A stretch of 64,000 nucleotides of DNA from Verrucomicrobia bacterium CG1_02_43_26 (GCA_001872735.1 MNWT01000024.1:1480-65479); one strand, 5' to 3'; numbered from the stretch's first letter, positions 8,247 to 18,540 are shown. The notes: a model not told the origin generated them from the sequence alone. Program-made: numbers and translations.

Positions 8247-10256
8247 ATGACTATTGATAAAACCATTCTTAAAAAAGCTGCAAACGAAGCCAGAGGGTTG
8301 GCGATGGATGCTGTTGCAAAATGTAAATCCGGTCACTTAGGGTTGCCATTAGGCGCGGCGGAAATCGGATCGGCATTGTTTAGCCATTTACTGGAATTTA
8401 ATCCGAGCGACCCAAAATGGATCAATCGAGATCGCTTTGTGCTTTCCGCTGGCCATGGGAGTATGTTTCTTTACTCATGGCTGCATTTATCCGGCTTTCC
8501 TGTTTCAATTGAAGACATAGAAGCCTTTCGGGTTTTAAATAGCCACACCCCTGGCCACCCTGAGTATGGAGACACCCCGGGTGTAGAGTGTACTACAGGG
8601 CCGTTAGGGCAAGGTATTGGAAATTCCGTAGGTATGGCATTAGCGTCTAAGCGAGCTGAAGCTATGTTTAATACCGATAAGCATAAAGTTTTTAATAACC
8701 ATATAGTAACGCTATGCGGGGATGGTTGCCTACAAGAAGGTGTTGCAAATGAAGCCATTGCTCTGGCTGGCCTTTGGGGTTTAGATAACTGGATTCTGAT
8801 TTATGACTCAAATGATGTTACGCTTGATGCGGTTGCGCATAAGACTCAGTCCGGTGACGTCGTAAAACGCTTTGAATCTTACGGCTTTGAGACGCATGTG
8901 GTAGACGGCCATGATATTGATGCTTTTACCCGAGCCTTTCAAAAGGCGAAGTCTAACAAAGACAATCGTCCGAAGATCATTATCTGTAAAACCATTATTG
9001 GTAAAGGGATACCTGAAGTTGAGCGCACGCATAACGCGCACGGCGAGGCCGGTGTGCCTTATGTGGAAACTGCTCGTAAGAATTTGGGATTACCGGAAGA
9101 ACGGTTTTTTGTTTCAGATGAAATAAAAACGTTTTTCAAACAAAGAAAAGAGGAACGTGTAGCCGCATACAATGAATGGAAAGTCCTTTTCGAAGATTGG
9201 CAGCGCGAAAACCCAGAGTTAGCTAAGCTCCTTAAGAACGGAGTTGCCCATAAAGCCTCTATTGATTTGATGAAAGATATCCCGGCGTTTGCTGAGGATA
9301 AGAAAATAGCTACTCGGGAAGCCGGTGGTGTTGCGTTAAACGCTTTAGCCAAAAAGGATCCGCTAATCATCAGTGGTAGTGCAGACCTTCATGGTTCTAC
9401 CAAGAATTATATTAAAGAAGGCGGTGAGTTTAACAAAGATAACCATAATGCCCAGAATGTACTCTTTGGTATACGAGAGCATGCTATGGGTGCGATTGTA
9501 AACGGTATAGGTTATTACGGTTTGTTTAGGGCCTCAGGAGCAACATTCTTGGTTTTTTCAGACTATATGCGCCCGTCGATCCGGTTAGCTGCGTTGGCGA
9601 AGTTACCTATATTCCATATTTTTACGCACGATTCTGTAGCTGTCGGAGAAGACGGCCCGACACATGAGCCGGTAGAAACGGTAAGCTCCTTGAGGTTGAT
9701 TCCAGGCCTGGATGTTATAAGACCAGCAGATCCTGAAGAAACTGCAGGTGCTTTTGCAGCAGCTTATACGCATACGGAAGGCCCAACAGCCCTTATTTTA
9801 ACACGCCAAGCTGTCCCTATGCTCAATGAAGCAAGTGTACAAGATCGCAGAGAAGGCGTTCAAAAAGGTGGCTATATTATTCGTAAAGAAAAAGGCGAGC
9901 TTGGGCTCATCATTATGGCAACAGGTAGCGAGCTGCAACTTGCTTTAAAAGCAGCAGACGAGATTGGTGACCAGGTGAGAGTTGTTTCCATGCCCTGTTT
10001 TGAACGATTTGAGCGTCAGACAAGCGAATATAAAGCATCTATTTTGTCTAAAAGTTGCCGTAATCGCATTGCGATTGAAGCCGGTACGACAGGCCTTTGG
10101 TATAAGTATGTCGGACTGGATGGTAGAGTAGTCGGTATAGACCGATTTGGTTTGAGCGCTCCTGGAGCGATTGTCTTAAACGAATTAGGTATTAATACAG
10201 ACAGTATCATGAAGGCGTACCAAGAAATTTCTAGCCAGGAAACGGTAAAAGCATAA
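8247..10256 (+). CDS. tkt: transketolase
   Basis: 669 aa with SGHLG, LSAGHGSMFLYS, GPLGQGI, GDGCLQEG and HDSVAVGEDGPTHEP, the canonical transketolase motifs. Confidence 0.95.
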   Translation: MTIDKTILKKAANEARGLAMDAVAKCKSGHLGLPLGAAEIGSALFSHLLEFNPSDPKWINRDRFVLSAGHGSMFLYSWLHLSGFPVSIEDIEAFRVLNSHTPGHPEYGDTPGVECTTGPLGQGIGNSVGMALASKRAEAMFNTDKHKVFNNHIVTLCGDGCLQEGVANEAIALAGLWGLDNWILIYDSNDVTLDAVAHKTQSGDVVKRFESYGFETHVVDGHDIDAFTRAFQKAKSNKDNRPKIIICKTIIGKGIPEVERTHNAHGEAGVPYVETARKNLGLPEERFFVSDEIKTFFKQRKEERVAAYNEWKVLFEDWQRENPELAKLLKNGVAHKASIDLMKDIPAFAEDKKIATREAGGVALNALAKKDPLIISGSADLHGSTKNYIKEGGEFNKDNHNAQNVLFGIREHAMGAIVNGIGYYGLFRASGATFLVFSDYMRPSIRLAALAKLPIFHIFTHDSVAVGEDGPTHEPVETVSSLRLIPGLDVIRPADPEETAGAFAAAYTHTEGPTALILTRQAVPMLNEASVQDRREGVQKGGYIIRKEKGELGLIIMATGSELQLALKAADEIGDQVRVVSMPCFERFERQTSEYKASILSKSCRNRIAIEAGTTGLWYKYVGLDGRVVGIDRFGLSAPGAIVLNELGINTDSIMKAYQEISSQETVKA

Positions 10257-10328
10257 TCCGTGATAATTTCCTCTTGAAACTTATTGGTTTTAAAATAGAC
10301 TAAAATTCCGATTCTTAATTGAATGGAT

Positions 10329-10404
10329 GCCGAGATAGCTCAGATGGTAGAGCGACGCACTCGTAATGCGTAGGTCGTGGGTTCGATTCCCATTCTCGGC
10401 TCCA
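10329..10404 (+). tRNA. tRNA-Thr (anticodon CGT), CCA encoded
   Basis: Hand-folded cloverleaf: GCCGAGA/TCTCGGC acceptor stem, anticodon arm ACGCA-CTCGTAA-TGCGT, T arm GTGGG-TTCGATT-CCCAT. Confidence 0.95.
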
Positions 10405-10450
10405 CCTTTTATTATCCTACCTAAATTCAACTATAAAAAAAGAGAGTATT

Positions 10451-11578
10451 ATGAAAAAGACACTCATGGGCCTATCGGTCTTAATATTATCCGGATGCGC
10501 GACTGTCGGGCCTTCTGCGGTAAAACAGGCTCATCGCCCCTATAACGAAGCTTTGGTTCAAAGCTGGAAAGAGCAAATGTTATTAAACATAGTTCGCTTA
10601 AAGTATCGTGATAATCCTTATTTTCTGGATGTTACGGGCATTAATACATCCTATGTGTTGAACGCAAATGTAAGAAGTGAGCTCAAGGTTTTGCCTAAGG
10701 CATCTGACGCAAACACGATTACCCCTTCCGCGGGCGTAAGTTATGAGGAAAAACCAACTATTACTTATAATCCGGTACAAGGTAAGGATTTTGTAAAGCA
10801 AATGCTTTCCCCAATGTCTAGTTCTTCAATGCTTAAGTTAGCTGAAGCTGGTTGGAGTATGGAACGTGTATTTAGTGTGTGTGTGGAGCGTGTAAATCAA
10901 TTACAAAACGCACCTTCAGCTTCTGGCCCAACGCCTGATTATGTTCCGGAATATGAAAAGTTTGCTCAATGGGTAGCTTCCTTAAGAAAGCTTCAAATAG
11001 CAGGCTTGATTGATATCGGTAAGGAACCCGATGCAGGAGACTCAGAGAGGCGTGCAAAGTTAAAAGAACTTGGCTTTAGCCCTAGCGACCAAGACAGTAT
11101 CGTAATGAAAATTCGTCGTGATCCCAATTATGCTACTACTATTGATGAGTTTTATAGCATCCTCGGTGCTTCCAAGAGCTCGGAAATGCTTAAATTTAAC
11201 AGCAATTTCGTAAAACAATCTGAAAGCAAGGTAACGATGCGTACCCGTTCTCTTATGGGAATGCTTTTCTACATGTCCCAAGGAATCGAAGTGCCTGAAG
11301 AACATATTAATAAAGGTCTTGTTACGGTAACTCGTTACGAAGACGGCGAAGTCTTTAACTGGAATAAACTTTCCGGAAAAGTTATGCAAATTCGTAGCCA
11401 AAAGGATAAGCCAAAGGATTGTGCGTTAAGAGTCTACTATCGTGGATATTGGTTCTTCATTGCTGATAATGATTTGGCTTCAAAATCAACCTTCTTGTTG
11501 TTGACAAAATTGTTCAACCTGCAAGCAGCTTCTGGTGGCGGCGCTTCTCCCGTGCTCACCCTTCCAGTAGGCGGTTGA
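10451..11578 (+). CDS. lipoprotein, function unknown (375 aa)
   Basis: Signal peptide with lipobox VLILSGC. A strong terminator follows. Confidence 0.6.
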   Translation: MKKTLMGLSVLILSGCATVGPSAVKQAHRPYNEALVQSWKEQMLLNIVRLKYRDNPYFLDVTGINTSYVLNANVRSELKVLPKASDANTITPSAGVSYEEKPTITYNPVQGKDFVKQMLSPMSSSSMLKLAEAGWSMERVFSVCVERVNQLQNAPSASGPTPDYVPEYEKFAQWVASLRKLQIAGLIDIGKEPDAGDSERRAKLKELGFSPSDQDSIVMKIRRDPNYATTIDEFYSILGASKSSEMLKFNSNFVKQSESKVTMRTRSLMGMLFYMSQGIEVPEEHINKGLVTVTRYEDGEVFNWNKLSGKVMQIRSQKDKPKDCALRVYYRGYWFFIADNDLASKSTFLLLTKLFNLQAASGGGASPVLTLPVGG

Positions 11579-11607
11579 TTTTATTAAGCCAATTTAGTCT
11601 ATTTCAA

Positions 11608-11639
11608 GCCAACCGTAAAATTACGGTTGGCTTTTTTTT
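11608..11639 (+). terminator. rho-independent terminator
   Basis: GCCAACCG-taaaatta-CGGTTGGC followed by T8. Confidence 0.8.
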
Positions 11640-11678
11640 CTATTTGCGTGGTTAGATGGGAGTTGATTACCTAGAGAT

Positions 11679-12839
11679 ATGCCCCAAAGCGTGATCCCTT
11701 ATTCTTGCCAGACAATTGATGACAGTGACATCGAGTCTGTTATCAATGTCTTAAAATCGAATTTTTTAACACAAGGGCCCGCGTGCGCGCAGTTTGAAGA
11801 AGCGCTTAAAACGGTTACCGGTGCCGAGCATGCGATTGCAGTGAGTAACGGCACAGCAGCCTTGCATCTTGCGTGTCTTGCCATGGGGGCAGACTCCAAT
11901 TTCGTGGGCATAACATCCCCCATCACTTTTGCGGCCTCTGCAAATTGTTTATTGTATGCGGGATCAGAAGTAGTTTTTTGCGATGTTGACCCGATTAACG
12001 GGCTCATGGATTTAACATCATTAGCCGACACAGTTGCCAGAATAGATAGCAGAGGAGCCATAATACCCGTAAACATAAACGGTAAGTGTTGTGATTTACC
12101 CGAAATTAATAAGATTGCGCTCGAGAAAGGATGGCAGGTCCTGGAAGATGCAGCTCATAGTCTTGGCGGAAGTTATGCTGATACAACCGGCAAACGTTAC
12201 CAAAGTGGGAGTTGTTCTCATTCAACAGCTTCGATCTTAAGTTTTCACCCAGTAAAACATATTTGCACGGGGGAGGGAGGTGCGGTTTTGACTAATGACA
12301 AATCTGTTGCAGAGCATATTCGCTTGCTGCGATCACATGGCATTCATCGCCCTGGGCTACCCGAGCAACCAGCATGGTTTTATGAGCAAATAGAGCTTGG
12401 CTGGAATTATCGTTTAACAGAAATGCAAGCTGCTTTGGGCGTTTCTCAGTTAAAGCGATTGCCTCAATTTATTACTCGTAGACGGCAAATCGCTCAGCGT
12501 TATTACGAAGAATTGAATAAAGCGCCGTTTGACCACGTTTTTAGCCTCCCTGTAGACGATCCTGGCCACGTTTACCATTTGTTTGCCATTCAGTGCAAAG
12601 CATCAACTGTGCGGGACGATCTGCATAGGTTTTTAAAAGAGAAAAATATAATGACGCAGATCCATTATATTCCTGTCTACAAGCACCCCTATTATGAAAG
12701 GCGCTTTGGTAAAATTCGTTTACCCGGTGCGGAGGCTTATTTTAAAGGCTGCCTGAGTATTCCCATTTACCCGAAGATGACAGAGGCGGATCAAGACAGA
12801 GTCATAGCGGCATTAACAACTTTTTGCACACAAGGATGA
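11679..12839 (+). CDS. pseC: DegT/DnrJ/EryC1-family PLP aminotransferase, PseC-like (UDP-4-amino-4,6-dideoxy-sugar transaminase)
   Basis: N-terminal IPYSCQTIDDSDIESVINVLKSNFLTQGP is characteristic of PseC. SFHPVKHICTGEGG carries the PLP Lys. It is followed by a PseH-like GNAT with an ATGA start/stop overlap. Confidence 0.7.
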   Translation: MPQSVIPYSCQTIDDSDIESVINVLKSNFLTQGPACAQFEEALKTVTGAEHAIAVSNGTAALHLACLAMGADSNFVGITSPITFAASANCLLYAGSEVVFCDVDPINGLMDLTSLADTVARIDSRGAIIPVNINGKCCDLPEINKIALEKGWQVLEDAAHSLGGSYADTTGKRYQSGSCSHSTASILSFHPVKHICTGEGGAVLTNDKSVAEHIRLLRSHGIHRPGLPEQPAWFYEQIELGWNYRLTEMQAALGVSQLKRLPQFITRRRQIAQRYYEELNKAPFDHVFSLPVDDPGHVYHLFAIQCKASTVRDDLHRFLKEKNIMTQIHYIPVYKHPYYERRFGKIRLPGAEAYFKGCLSIPIYPKMTEADQDRVIAALTTFCTQG

Positions 12840-14365
12840 GTTACGTTTTACTAGAAGGCCATACGTTAAGAAATGAAACCTATGAGATCGTCTCGCTTCG
12901 GGAGCAGGATATCATGTCCATTAAAGAATGGAGAAATGCCCAGATTGATGTGCTACGCCAGAAAACACCTCTTACTGATGAAGATCAACGAAAGTATTTT
13001 TTACAGGTTATTCAGCCGACTTTTATTGAGAAGGAACCCCGGCAAATTTTAGTCAGTATTTTGTTAAACGGAGAATTGATCGGTTACGGCGGGCTTGTTC
13101 ACATGGACTGGGAAGCCAGGCGCGCGGAAGTTTCATTTCTCGTGGCAACGGAAAGGGCAAACCATGAAGCCACGCAGCGAGCTGATTTTTCTCATTATTT
13201 ACAACTCATTAAACAATTAGCCTTTGATGTCCTTCACTTGAACCGCCTGACTGCTGAGACGTTTAATATTCGCCCGATGCATATACAGGTGCTTGAAGAA
13301 AACGGGTTTTTGTTGGAAGGTATATTGAAACAGCATGCTGTTGTGAGAGGAGAGCTTGTGGATTCTATTTGCCACGGTCTCTTGCGAGATCGGTTTGAGG
13401 CCGAAAAAGGTAATCTGGGTAATGTTCTTGTTACAAGCTTGTCTGGAAAATTTTCTCTTATTGAAGCGGTTAAGAAGGCAGCTTATCAGCTAGGCATAAA
13501 AAAAATATTTGGAGGTGATGCGAGTGCGCACTGTCTGGCCAAGAGCAGAGTAGGGGAGTTCTGGCAGATGCCTCGATTGGAAGCGTTGCCCGTAAATGCC
13601 CTGGTTGAATATTGCCAACAGCACAACATCATGTTTATCATACCCACAAGAGATGGGGAGTTGGCGTACTTTGCGGAACACAAAAAAGAGCTCGCAAAGA
13701 AAAATATATTTGTGATGGTTTCGAATCCTACGGCAGTACAGCACTGCCTCGATAAAGTAGCGTTTTATGATGCGCTGAAGACGGACGGTTTGACTGTGGT
13801 AGAAACCGCTTTAAAGATGTATGAACTAAAGGACGTGAATAGCTATGTTATAAAAGAGCGTAATGGAGCGGGATCGCGAGGATTACTGTTAAACGCTAGT
13901 AAAGCCGAAGCGATGACGTTTGCGAAGGATCTTAATCAGCCTATTTTTCAACCGTTTATAGAGGGTAAAGAGTTTAGCGCGGATGTTTATGTGACTAAAA
14001 ACAAGGAGGTCAAAGGCGTAGTACTTCGTTGGCGAGAAGTTGTCGTAAACGGAGAATCAAAAAAAACGACCACATTTCAAAACAAAGAAATTGAAAACAC
14101 GATCTCCCAAGCCGCTCTATCATTAGGCCTCTACGGGCACGCTGTCTTACAAGGCATTGTAGATAAAAACAAAAGAGTTTATTTAATAGAAGCAAATTGC
14201 CGTTTTGGGGGAGCTTCAACACTAAGTTTAGCTGCGGGACTGAACAGTTTTGTATGGTTTATTGCAGAGTCCGTGGGCGGTGATATCAATCAATTTAAGT
14301 TCGTACACCCACAACGCCCATTGACGATGATCAAAGGCGAGATGGATATAGTGTTTGTTGACTGA
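12836..14365 (+). CDS. fusion protein: N-terminal GNAT N-acetyltransferase (PseH-like) plus C-terminal ATP-grasp ligase domain
   Basis: ATG at 12836 overlaps the pseC stop (ATGA). The N-terminus (LREQDIMSIKEWRNAQ...GYGGL...EVSFLV...LEENGF) has a GNAT/PseH pattern. The last ~300 aa (VIKERNGAGSRGL, FIEGKEFSADVY, LIEANCRFGG) have an ATP-grasp pattern. Confidence 0.7.
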   Translation: MSYVLLEGHTLRNETYEIVSLREQDIMSIKEWRNAQIDVLRQKTPLTDEDQRKYFLQVIQPTFIEKEPRQILVSILLNGELIGYGGLVHMDWEARRAEVSFLVATERANHEATQRADFSHYLQLIKQLAFDVLHLNRLTAETFNIRPMHIQVLEENGFLLEGILKQHAVVRGELVDSICHGLLRDRFEAEKGNLGNVLVTSLSGKFSLIEAVKKAAYQLGIKKIFGGDASAHCLAKSRVGEFWQMPRLEALPVNALVEYCQQHNIMFIIPTRDGELAYFAEHKKELAKKNIFVMVSNPTAVQHCLDKVAFYDALKTDGLTVVETALKMYELKDVNSYVIKERNGAGSRGLLLNASKAEAMTFAKDLNQPIFQPFIEGKEFSADVYVTKNKEVKGVVLRWREVVVNGESKKTTTFQNKEIENTISQAALSLGLYGHAVLQGIVDKNKRVYLIEANCRFGGASTLSLAAGLNSFVWFIAESVGGDINQFKFVHPQRPLTMIKGEMDIVFVD

Positions 14366-14415
14366 AAGAACGTTACGCTCTTGACGGTTAAGATTACACG
14401 ACATAATTTCATGTT

Positions 14416-14778
14416 ATGAGGAAGCTAGCGCCAGAAATTTACCGCCAACGTTTGTTGATTGAGGGTTATTACACTGAAACCGTTACCCGTGAGTTTTTAG
14501 ACCAATATTTAAGAGATCTTGCCGGCTTCCTGAACTTACGCCTCTACGCAGACCCTATTATCTTTTCCCCGGCAACGGGAATGGGCAAAGAAGATAACGA
14601 AGGCTTTGATGCGTTTGTACCCTTGATTGATTCCGGCATATCGGTTTATGTTTGGTCGAAAGCCAAATTTTTCTCTATCGTGATTTACACCTGCAAAGGA
14701 TTTGATGAAGAAACAGCTACCGAATTTACAAAATCCTTCTTTAAGGCACAGCCAGGCGTTGAATCTATGTCCTTTTAA
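14416..14778 (+). CDS. S-adenosylmethionine decarboxylase-like (small prokaryotic AdoMetDC fold) protein
   Basis: GFDAFVPLIDSGISVYVWSKAKFFSIVIYTCKGFD aligns by eye with the SpeD/SpeH core [32 protein letters not shown]. The processing site would be D-S instead of E-S. Confidence 0.5.
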   Translation: MRKLAPEIYRQRLLIEGYYTETVTREFLDQYLRDLAGFLNLRLYADPIIFSPATGMGKEDNEGFDAFVPLIDSGISVYVWSKAKFFSIVIYTCKGFDEETATEFTKSFFKAQPGVESMSF

Positions 14779-14815
14779 TGTCGTAGCATAACGATTTCGA
14801 GAAAAGCGTAAATTA

Positions 14816-14844
14816 TTGACAATTTGGGTGAAAAATGGGATGAT
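14816..14844 (+). promoter_or_regulatory. candidate sigma-70 promoter (TTGACA-N17-GATGAT)
   Basis: ATTGACAATTT at 14815-14825, with GATGAT at 14839-14844, about 50 nt upstream of the ATG at 14894. Confidence 0.4.
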
Positions 14845-14893
14845 TATCATAAGTCCCTAGACCTTTTTTACTCTTATAATTTGCCGCTATTCT

Positions 14894-15880
14894 ATGAATA
14901 TTTATTTTTGGGGCACACGAGGATCCCTACCTGCATCATTAACTGCGGAAGCGGTTCGCAGGAAAATAAGAAAGACACTCCAGACGGCAGTGTTAGAAGG
15001 GCTTCCGGGATCCGATGAAATTGAAGACTGGATAGATAAATATCTCCCCTTTTCTGTAGCAGGCACCTACGGTACAAATACTCCCTGTGTTCAGATTAAA
15101 GATGACTCTTTATCCAATGAATATATTTTATGTGATGCCGGCACCGGGCTACGAGATTTTGCCGTAAAATTCATGGCTTCCCCAGAAGCGTCCAAGCCCG
15201 CTACATTTCATATTTTTATGTCTCATCTTCATTGGGACCATGTACAAGGCTTCCCTTTTTTCCTGCCGATTTACTCCCCAAAAAATCGTATTATTTTTCA
15301 CGGTTACCACAAAGAGACTAAACGGGTTTTGTGCGAGCAAATGCAATCACCTGTGTTCCCTTATGATTTTGAAGATCTGCCCTCAACGATTGAATTTGAT
15401 ATCAAAGAGCCCTGTGAGCCATTTGATGTGGGTGGTTTTCATGTGAAAACAATTACGCAAGTGCATCCGGGGATTTCCTACGGTTACCGGTTTGAAAAGG
15501 ACGGCAGAACGGTCGTTTATTCCACAGATTCCGAGCATAAAGAAATTGCGAATATGGAGCATTACCCCTTTATTGACTTCTTTGCTGATGCGGATTTGCT
15601 GATCGCTGATGCCCAATATTCCCTTCTGGATGCGACTTACTTTAAAGAGGACTGGGGGCACTCTAGTAACATCATGGCGGTAGAGCTCGCTGCTCGGGCA
15701 CGCGTGCAGCGTTTGGTGCTCTTCCATATGGAGCCCACAAGCTCAGATGAGCATTTGGATGATTTTATTTTTGATACAAAGGTGTATTGCAATATTTATG
15801 AAAATGAATTCAAGAATAAAGGGTTACCCTTCCCCTCAGATATTGCTATTGCTTACGACGGGTTAGAAATTGAGCTGTGA
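14894..15880 (+). CDS. MBL-fold metallo-hydrolase
   Basis: The HxHxDH motif appears as SHLHWDHVQGFPFF. Other metal ligands (TDSEH, DWGHSS) are present. Confidence 0.75.
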   Translation: MNIYFWGTRGSLPASLTAEAVRRKIRKTLQTAVLEGLPGSDEIEDWIDKYLPFSVAGTYGTNTPCVQIKDDSLSNEYILCDAGTGLRDFAVKFMASPEASKPATFHIFMSHLHWDHVQGFPFFLPIYSPKNRIIFHGYHKETKRVLCEQMQSPVFPYDFEDLPSTIEFDIKEPCEPFDVGGFHVKTITQVHPGISYGYRFEKDGRTVVYSTDSEHKEIANMEHYPFIDFFADADLLIADAQYSLLDATYFKEDWGHSSNIMAVELAARARVQRLVLFHMEPTSSDEHLDDFIFDTKVYCNIYENEFKNKGLPFPSDIAIAYDGLEIEL

Positions 15881-15881
15881 G

Positions 15882-15910
15882 TTGACAATTTTAAGAATGA
15901 ATACGATGAT
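15882..15910 (+). promoter_or_regulatory. candidate sigma-70 promoter (TTGACA-N17-GATGAT)
   Basis: GTTGACAATTT at 15881-15891, with GATGAT at 15905-15910, upstream of GTG 15938. Confidence 0.4.
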
Positions 15911-15937
15911 TTTAACTATTACGCGAGGAACGACACT

Positions 15938-16933
15938 GTGAAAGATAAAAAAATATTCTCCGAGTGCACTTATGAGCTCACCCGAACGATTGCCGAAGGC
16001 GGCATGGGCGCGGTTCATGAAGCATTGCAGCACGGCACGGACGACTTCGCAAAGAAGGTTGCCATAAAGGTTATTCGGGAGGAATACTCCAATATTCCGG
16101 AGTTTCGCGCTAACTTTGTAGGAGAGGCGCGTTTGGTAGCTGACTTAATCCATACAAACATCGTCCAAACCTACCACTTAGGCCAGGTCAAAGGCCAATA
16201 TTATATGGTGATGGAGTACGTTAATGGTATTAACCTGGAAGACTTCATCATCAGACATCTGGAGATTAACCAACTTATTCCGGTAGACTTGGCCGTATTT
16301 TTAATTTCCAGAGTGTGCCGTGGGCTAGCCTACGCGCATCAAAAGAGAGATGACCGCGGGCGCTTGTTGGGCATTGTTCACAGAGACGTTAATCCCAAAA
16401 ATATCATGATTTCCTTTGAAGGCGATGTTAAGTTGACCGACTTCGGAATAGCTAAAGCGCTGGATCTCATGTATAATGTGGAGGGCGAAGTCATTGCCGG
16501 TAAGGATGAGTATCTATCTCCGGAACAAGCTAAGCGCGAAGTCACAGACCACAGGGCAGACCTTTTTTCATGCGGTGTTGTGATGGCCGAATTACTTTTA
16601 GGCTATAATATTTTTGAAGCGGATGATCCTGAGGAAACCCACCTTAATATTAAGGAAGGTGAGCTCCCTGATTTTACAACGTTAGATGAACGTATAGATC
16701 CAGCCCTCAGCAAGATCATCAAAAAAGCCTTAGAACGGCCTCGAGAGGATCGCTATCAGACCGCGTATGAGATGTTAACTGCCTTGGAGATTTATCTCTA
16801 TAGCGATGGTTATGGTCCTACAAATGAAAAAATGGCGCTATATGTAAAAGATTTGTATGCCCAAAACGATTCTACGGCAATTAAGCGTTGGAAAGACAAA
16901 GACACAAGAGGTTTCACTAAAGCAGATTTTTAA
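15938..16933 (+). CDS. Hanks-type Ser/Thr protein kinase (kinase domain only, 331 aa)
   Basis: Gly loop [28 protein letters not shown] and LSPEQ. Confidence 0.85.
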   Translation: MKDKKIFSECTYELTRTIAEGGMGAVHEALQHGTDDFAKKVAIKVIREEYSNIPEFRANFVGEARLVADLIHTNIVQTYHLGQVKGQYYMVMEYVNGINLEDFIIRHLEINQLIPVDLAVFLISRVCRGLAYAHQKRDDRGRLLGIVHRDVNPKNIMISFEGDVKLTDFGIAKALDLMYNVEGEVIAGKDEYLSPEQAKREVTDHRADLFSCGVVMAELLLGYNIFEADDPEETHLNIKEGELPDFTTLDERIDPALSKIIKKALERPREDRYQTAYEMLTALEIYLYSDGYGPTNEKMALYVKDLYAQNDSTAIKRWKDKDTRGFTKADF

Positions 16934-16951
16934 TAAAGGAAATAGAATTGA

Positions 16952-18415
16952 ATGAATTCGGGGTATAATCAGTCACAAAGACAAACACAATCTCAGGTAC
17001 AGTATATTGCCCCGCAGTTACGTCAATCCCTTAAAATACTACAATCGTCTGCCCTGGAGCTTCGTAAGGCTATCTTGGAGGAATTGCAGACTAATCCGAC
17101 TCTTGAAGAGCTTCCGCTAGAAGATATCAGTCTTGAAGAAAAGGAGGATGCTTCAGCTTCTGATGAAGATCGCCTGGATAACGATCATTCTTCAAATGCC
17201 GAAGAACTGGATTTTGGGGAAGATTATGCTATCCTCAAAAAAATGGAGGAGGACTGGCGTGATAATTATTCTGAAAATGCCACGCTACAAAAGTATACTT
17301 CGGAGGATGAAAAGCGCAGACAGTATTTTTTTGATTCGCTAGTCAGCGAAACCTCCCTTCAAGAATACTTAATGGAGCAAGCGGTATTATCCGAATGTAA
17401 TCCAGATGTGCTCAAGGCGCTTCGCTATCTCATTGGTAGTTTAGATGATCATGGTTTTCTGACTACTTCGATGGACGAGCTTGCCAATGCTTCCGGTTAT
17501 CCGAAGGAAGACTTGGAAACGGGTGTGGCTTTGTTAAAAACTTTTGATCCTATGGGTATTGGCTGTTCTTCCGTACAGGATTGCCTCATCTACCAATTAG
17601 AATCACGCGAAGATGTTTGCCCTGTTGCCATTAAAATTCTAAAAGAGCACTATGCTTTGTTTTTAAGAAGGAGAGTGCAGGAACTGGCGCACAAGATTGG
17701 TGTGACCGTGCAGCAAATCGAGAAAGCACTCGAAGTGATCACCTCATTGGATCCGGATCCAGGTGGACGTTTTCGTGAAGATACAAACCGTTCCGTTGCT
17801 CCGGATGCCACGATCGATAAGCAAGGTGAGGACTGGGTTGTATCGCTTAACTCCGATTACATCCCTCGATTAAGGATTAATCAGACATACAAATCGCTCA
17901 TTGCGAAGGGTACCTTGAAGGACAAGGAAAAGGAATATTTGCGAGATAAAATCAAATCCAGTAAGTTTCTCATCAGCGCCATAGAACAGCGCCAACAAAC
18001 ATTAGAGAAGATTTCTTGGGAAATATTTAACGCGCAGTTAGATTTTTTCGAAAGGGGTATTGCTCACCTCAAGCCGCTGACAATGCATGAGATTGCAGAT
18101 AAAATGGGGGTTCATGAGACTACCATCAGCCGAGCAATCGCAAACAAATTTATCAAAACACCTTATGGTGTCTACGATATGAAGTATTTTTTCACCTCAG
18201 GTTTTACCGCGGAGGATGGTAGTACTATTTCAAACACAACTATTAAGGATAAGATCGCCCACATAATAACGATGGAAGATCCCGTAAAACCCTACAGTGA
18301 TCAAAAAATTGTGGAAATGCTCAAACTTGAGAACATCAGCGTGGCTCGCAGAACCGTTGCTAAATACAGGGACGAATTGGGGATCGCGCCTACAAGCATG
18401 CGCAGACGTTTTTAG
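16952..18415 (+). CDS. rpoN: RNA polymerase sigma-54 factor
   Basis: 487 aa with an N-terminal Gln-rich region I, an acidic linker and a C-terminal RpoN box ARRTVAKYR. Confidence 0.9.
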   Translation: MNSGYNQSQRQTQSQVQYIAPQLRQSLKILQSSALELRKAILEELQTNPTLEELPLEDISLEEKEDASASDEDRLDNDHSSNAEELDFGEDYAILKKMEEDWRDNYSENATLQKYTSEDEKRRQYFFDSLVSETSLQEYLMEQAVLSECNPDVLKALRYLIGSLDDHGFLTTSMDELANASGYPKEDLETGVALLKTFDPMGIGCSSVQDCLIYQLESREDVCPVAIKILKEHYALFLRRRVQELAHKIGVTVQQIEKALEVITSLDPDPGGRFREDTNRSVAPDATIDKQGEDWVVSLNSDYIPRLRINQTYKSLIAKGTLKDKEKEYLRDKIKSSKFLISAIEQRQQTLEKISWEIFNAQLDFFERGIAHLKPLTMHEIADKMGVHETTISRAIANKFIKTPYGVYDMKYFFTSGFTAEDGSTISNTTIKDKIAHIITMEDPVKPYSDQKIVEMLKLENISVARRTVAKYRDELGIAPTSMRRRF

Positions 18416-18540
18416 CCTTTTTGTTTAAAAACATCCTAGATGCCTCGTGTACTGCATAAATCCCCAATGTTGAAATTGTAGAAAATAATGATTGCATTTT
18501 TGGGGATTGTTTTTCATCATAGTGCTCATTTCAATCTATT

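Noticed and set aside
18459-18514. AATCCCCAA ... TTGGGGATT followed by GTTTTT after rpoN, as a possible terminator.
   Set aside because: The loop is 32 nt, too long for a canonical intrinsic terminator. It might still form, but I would not call it.
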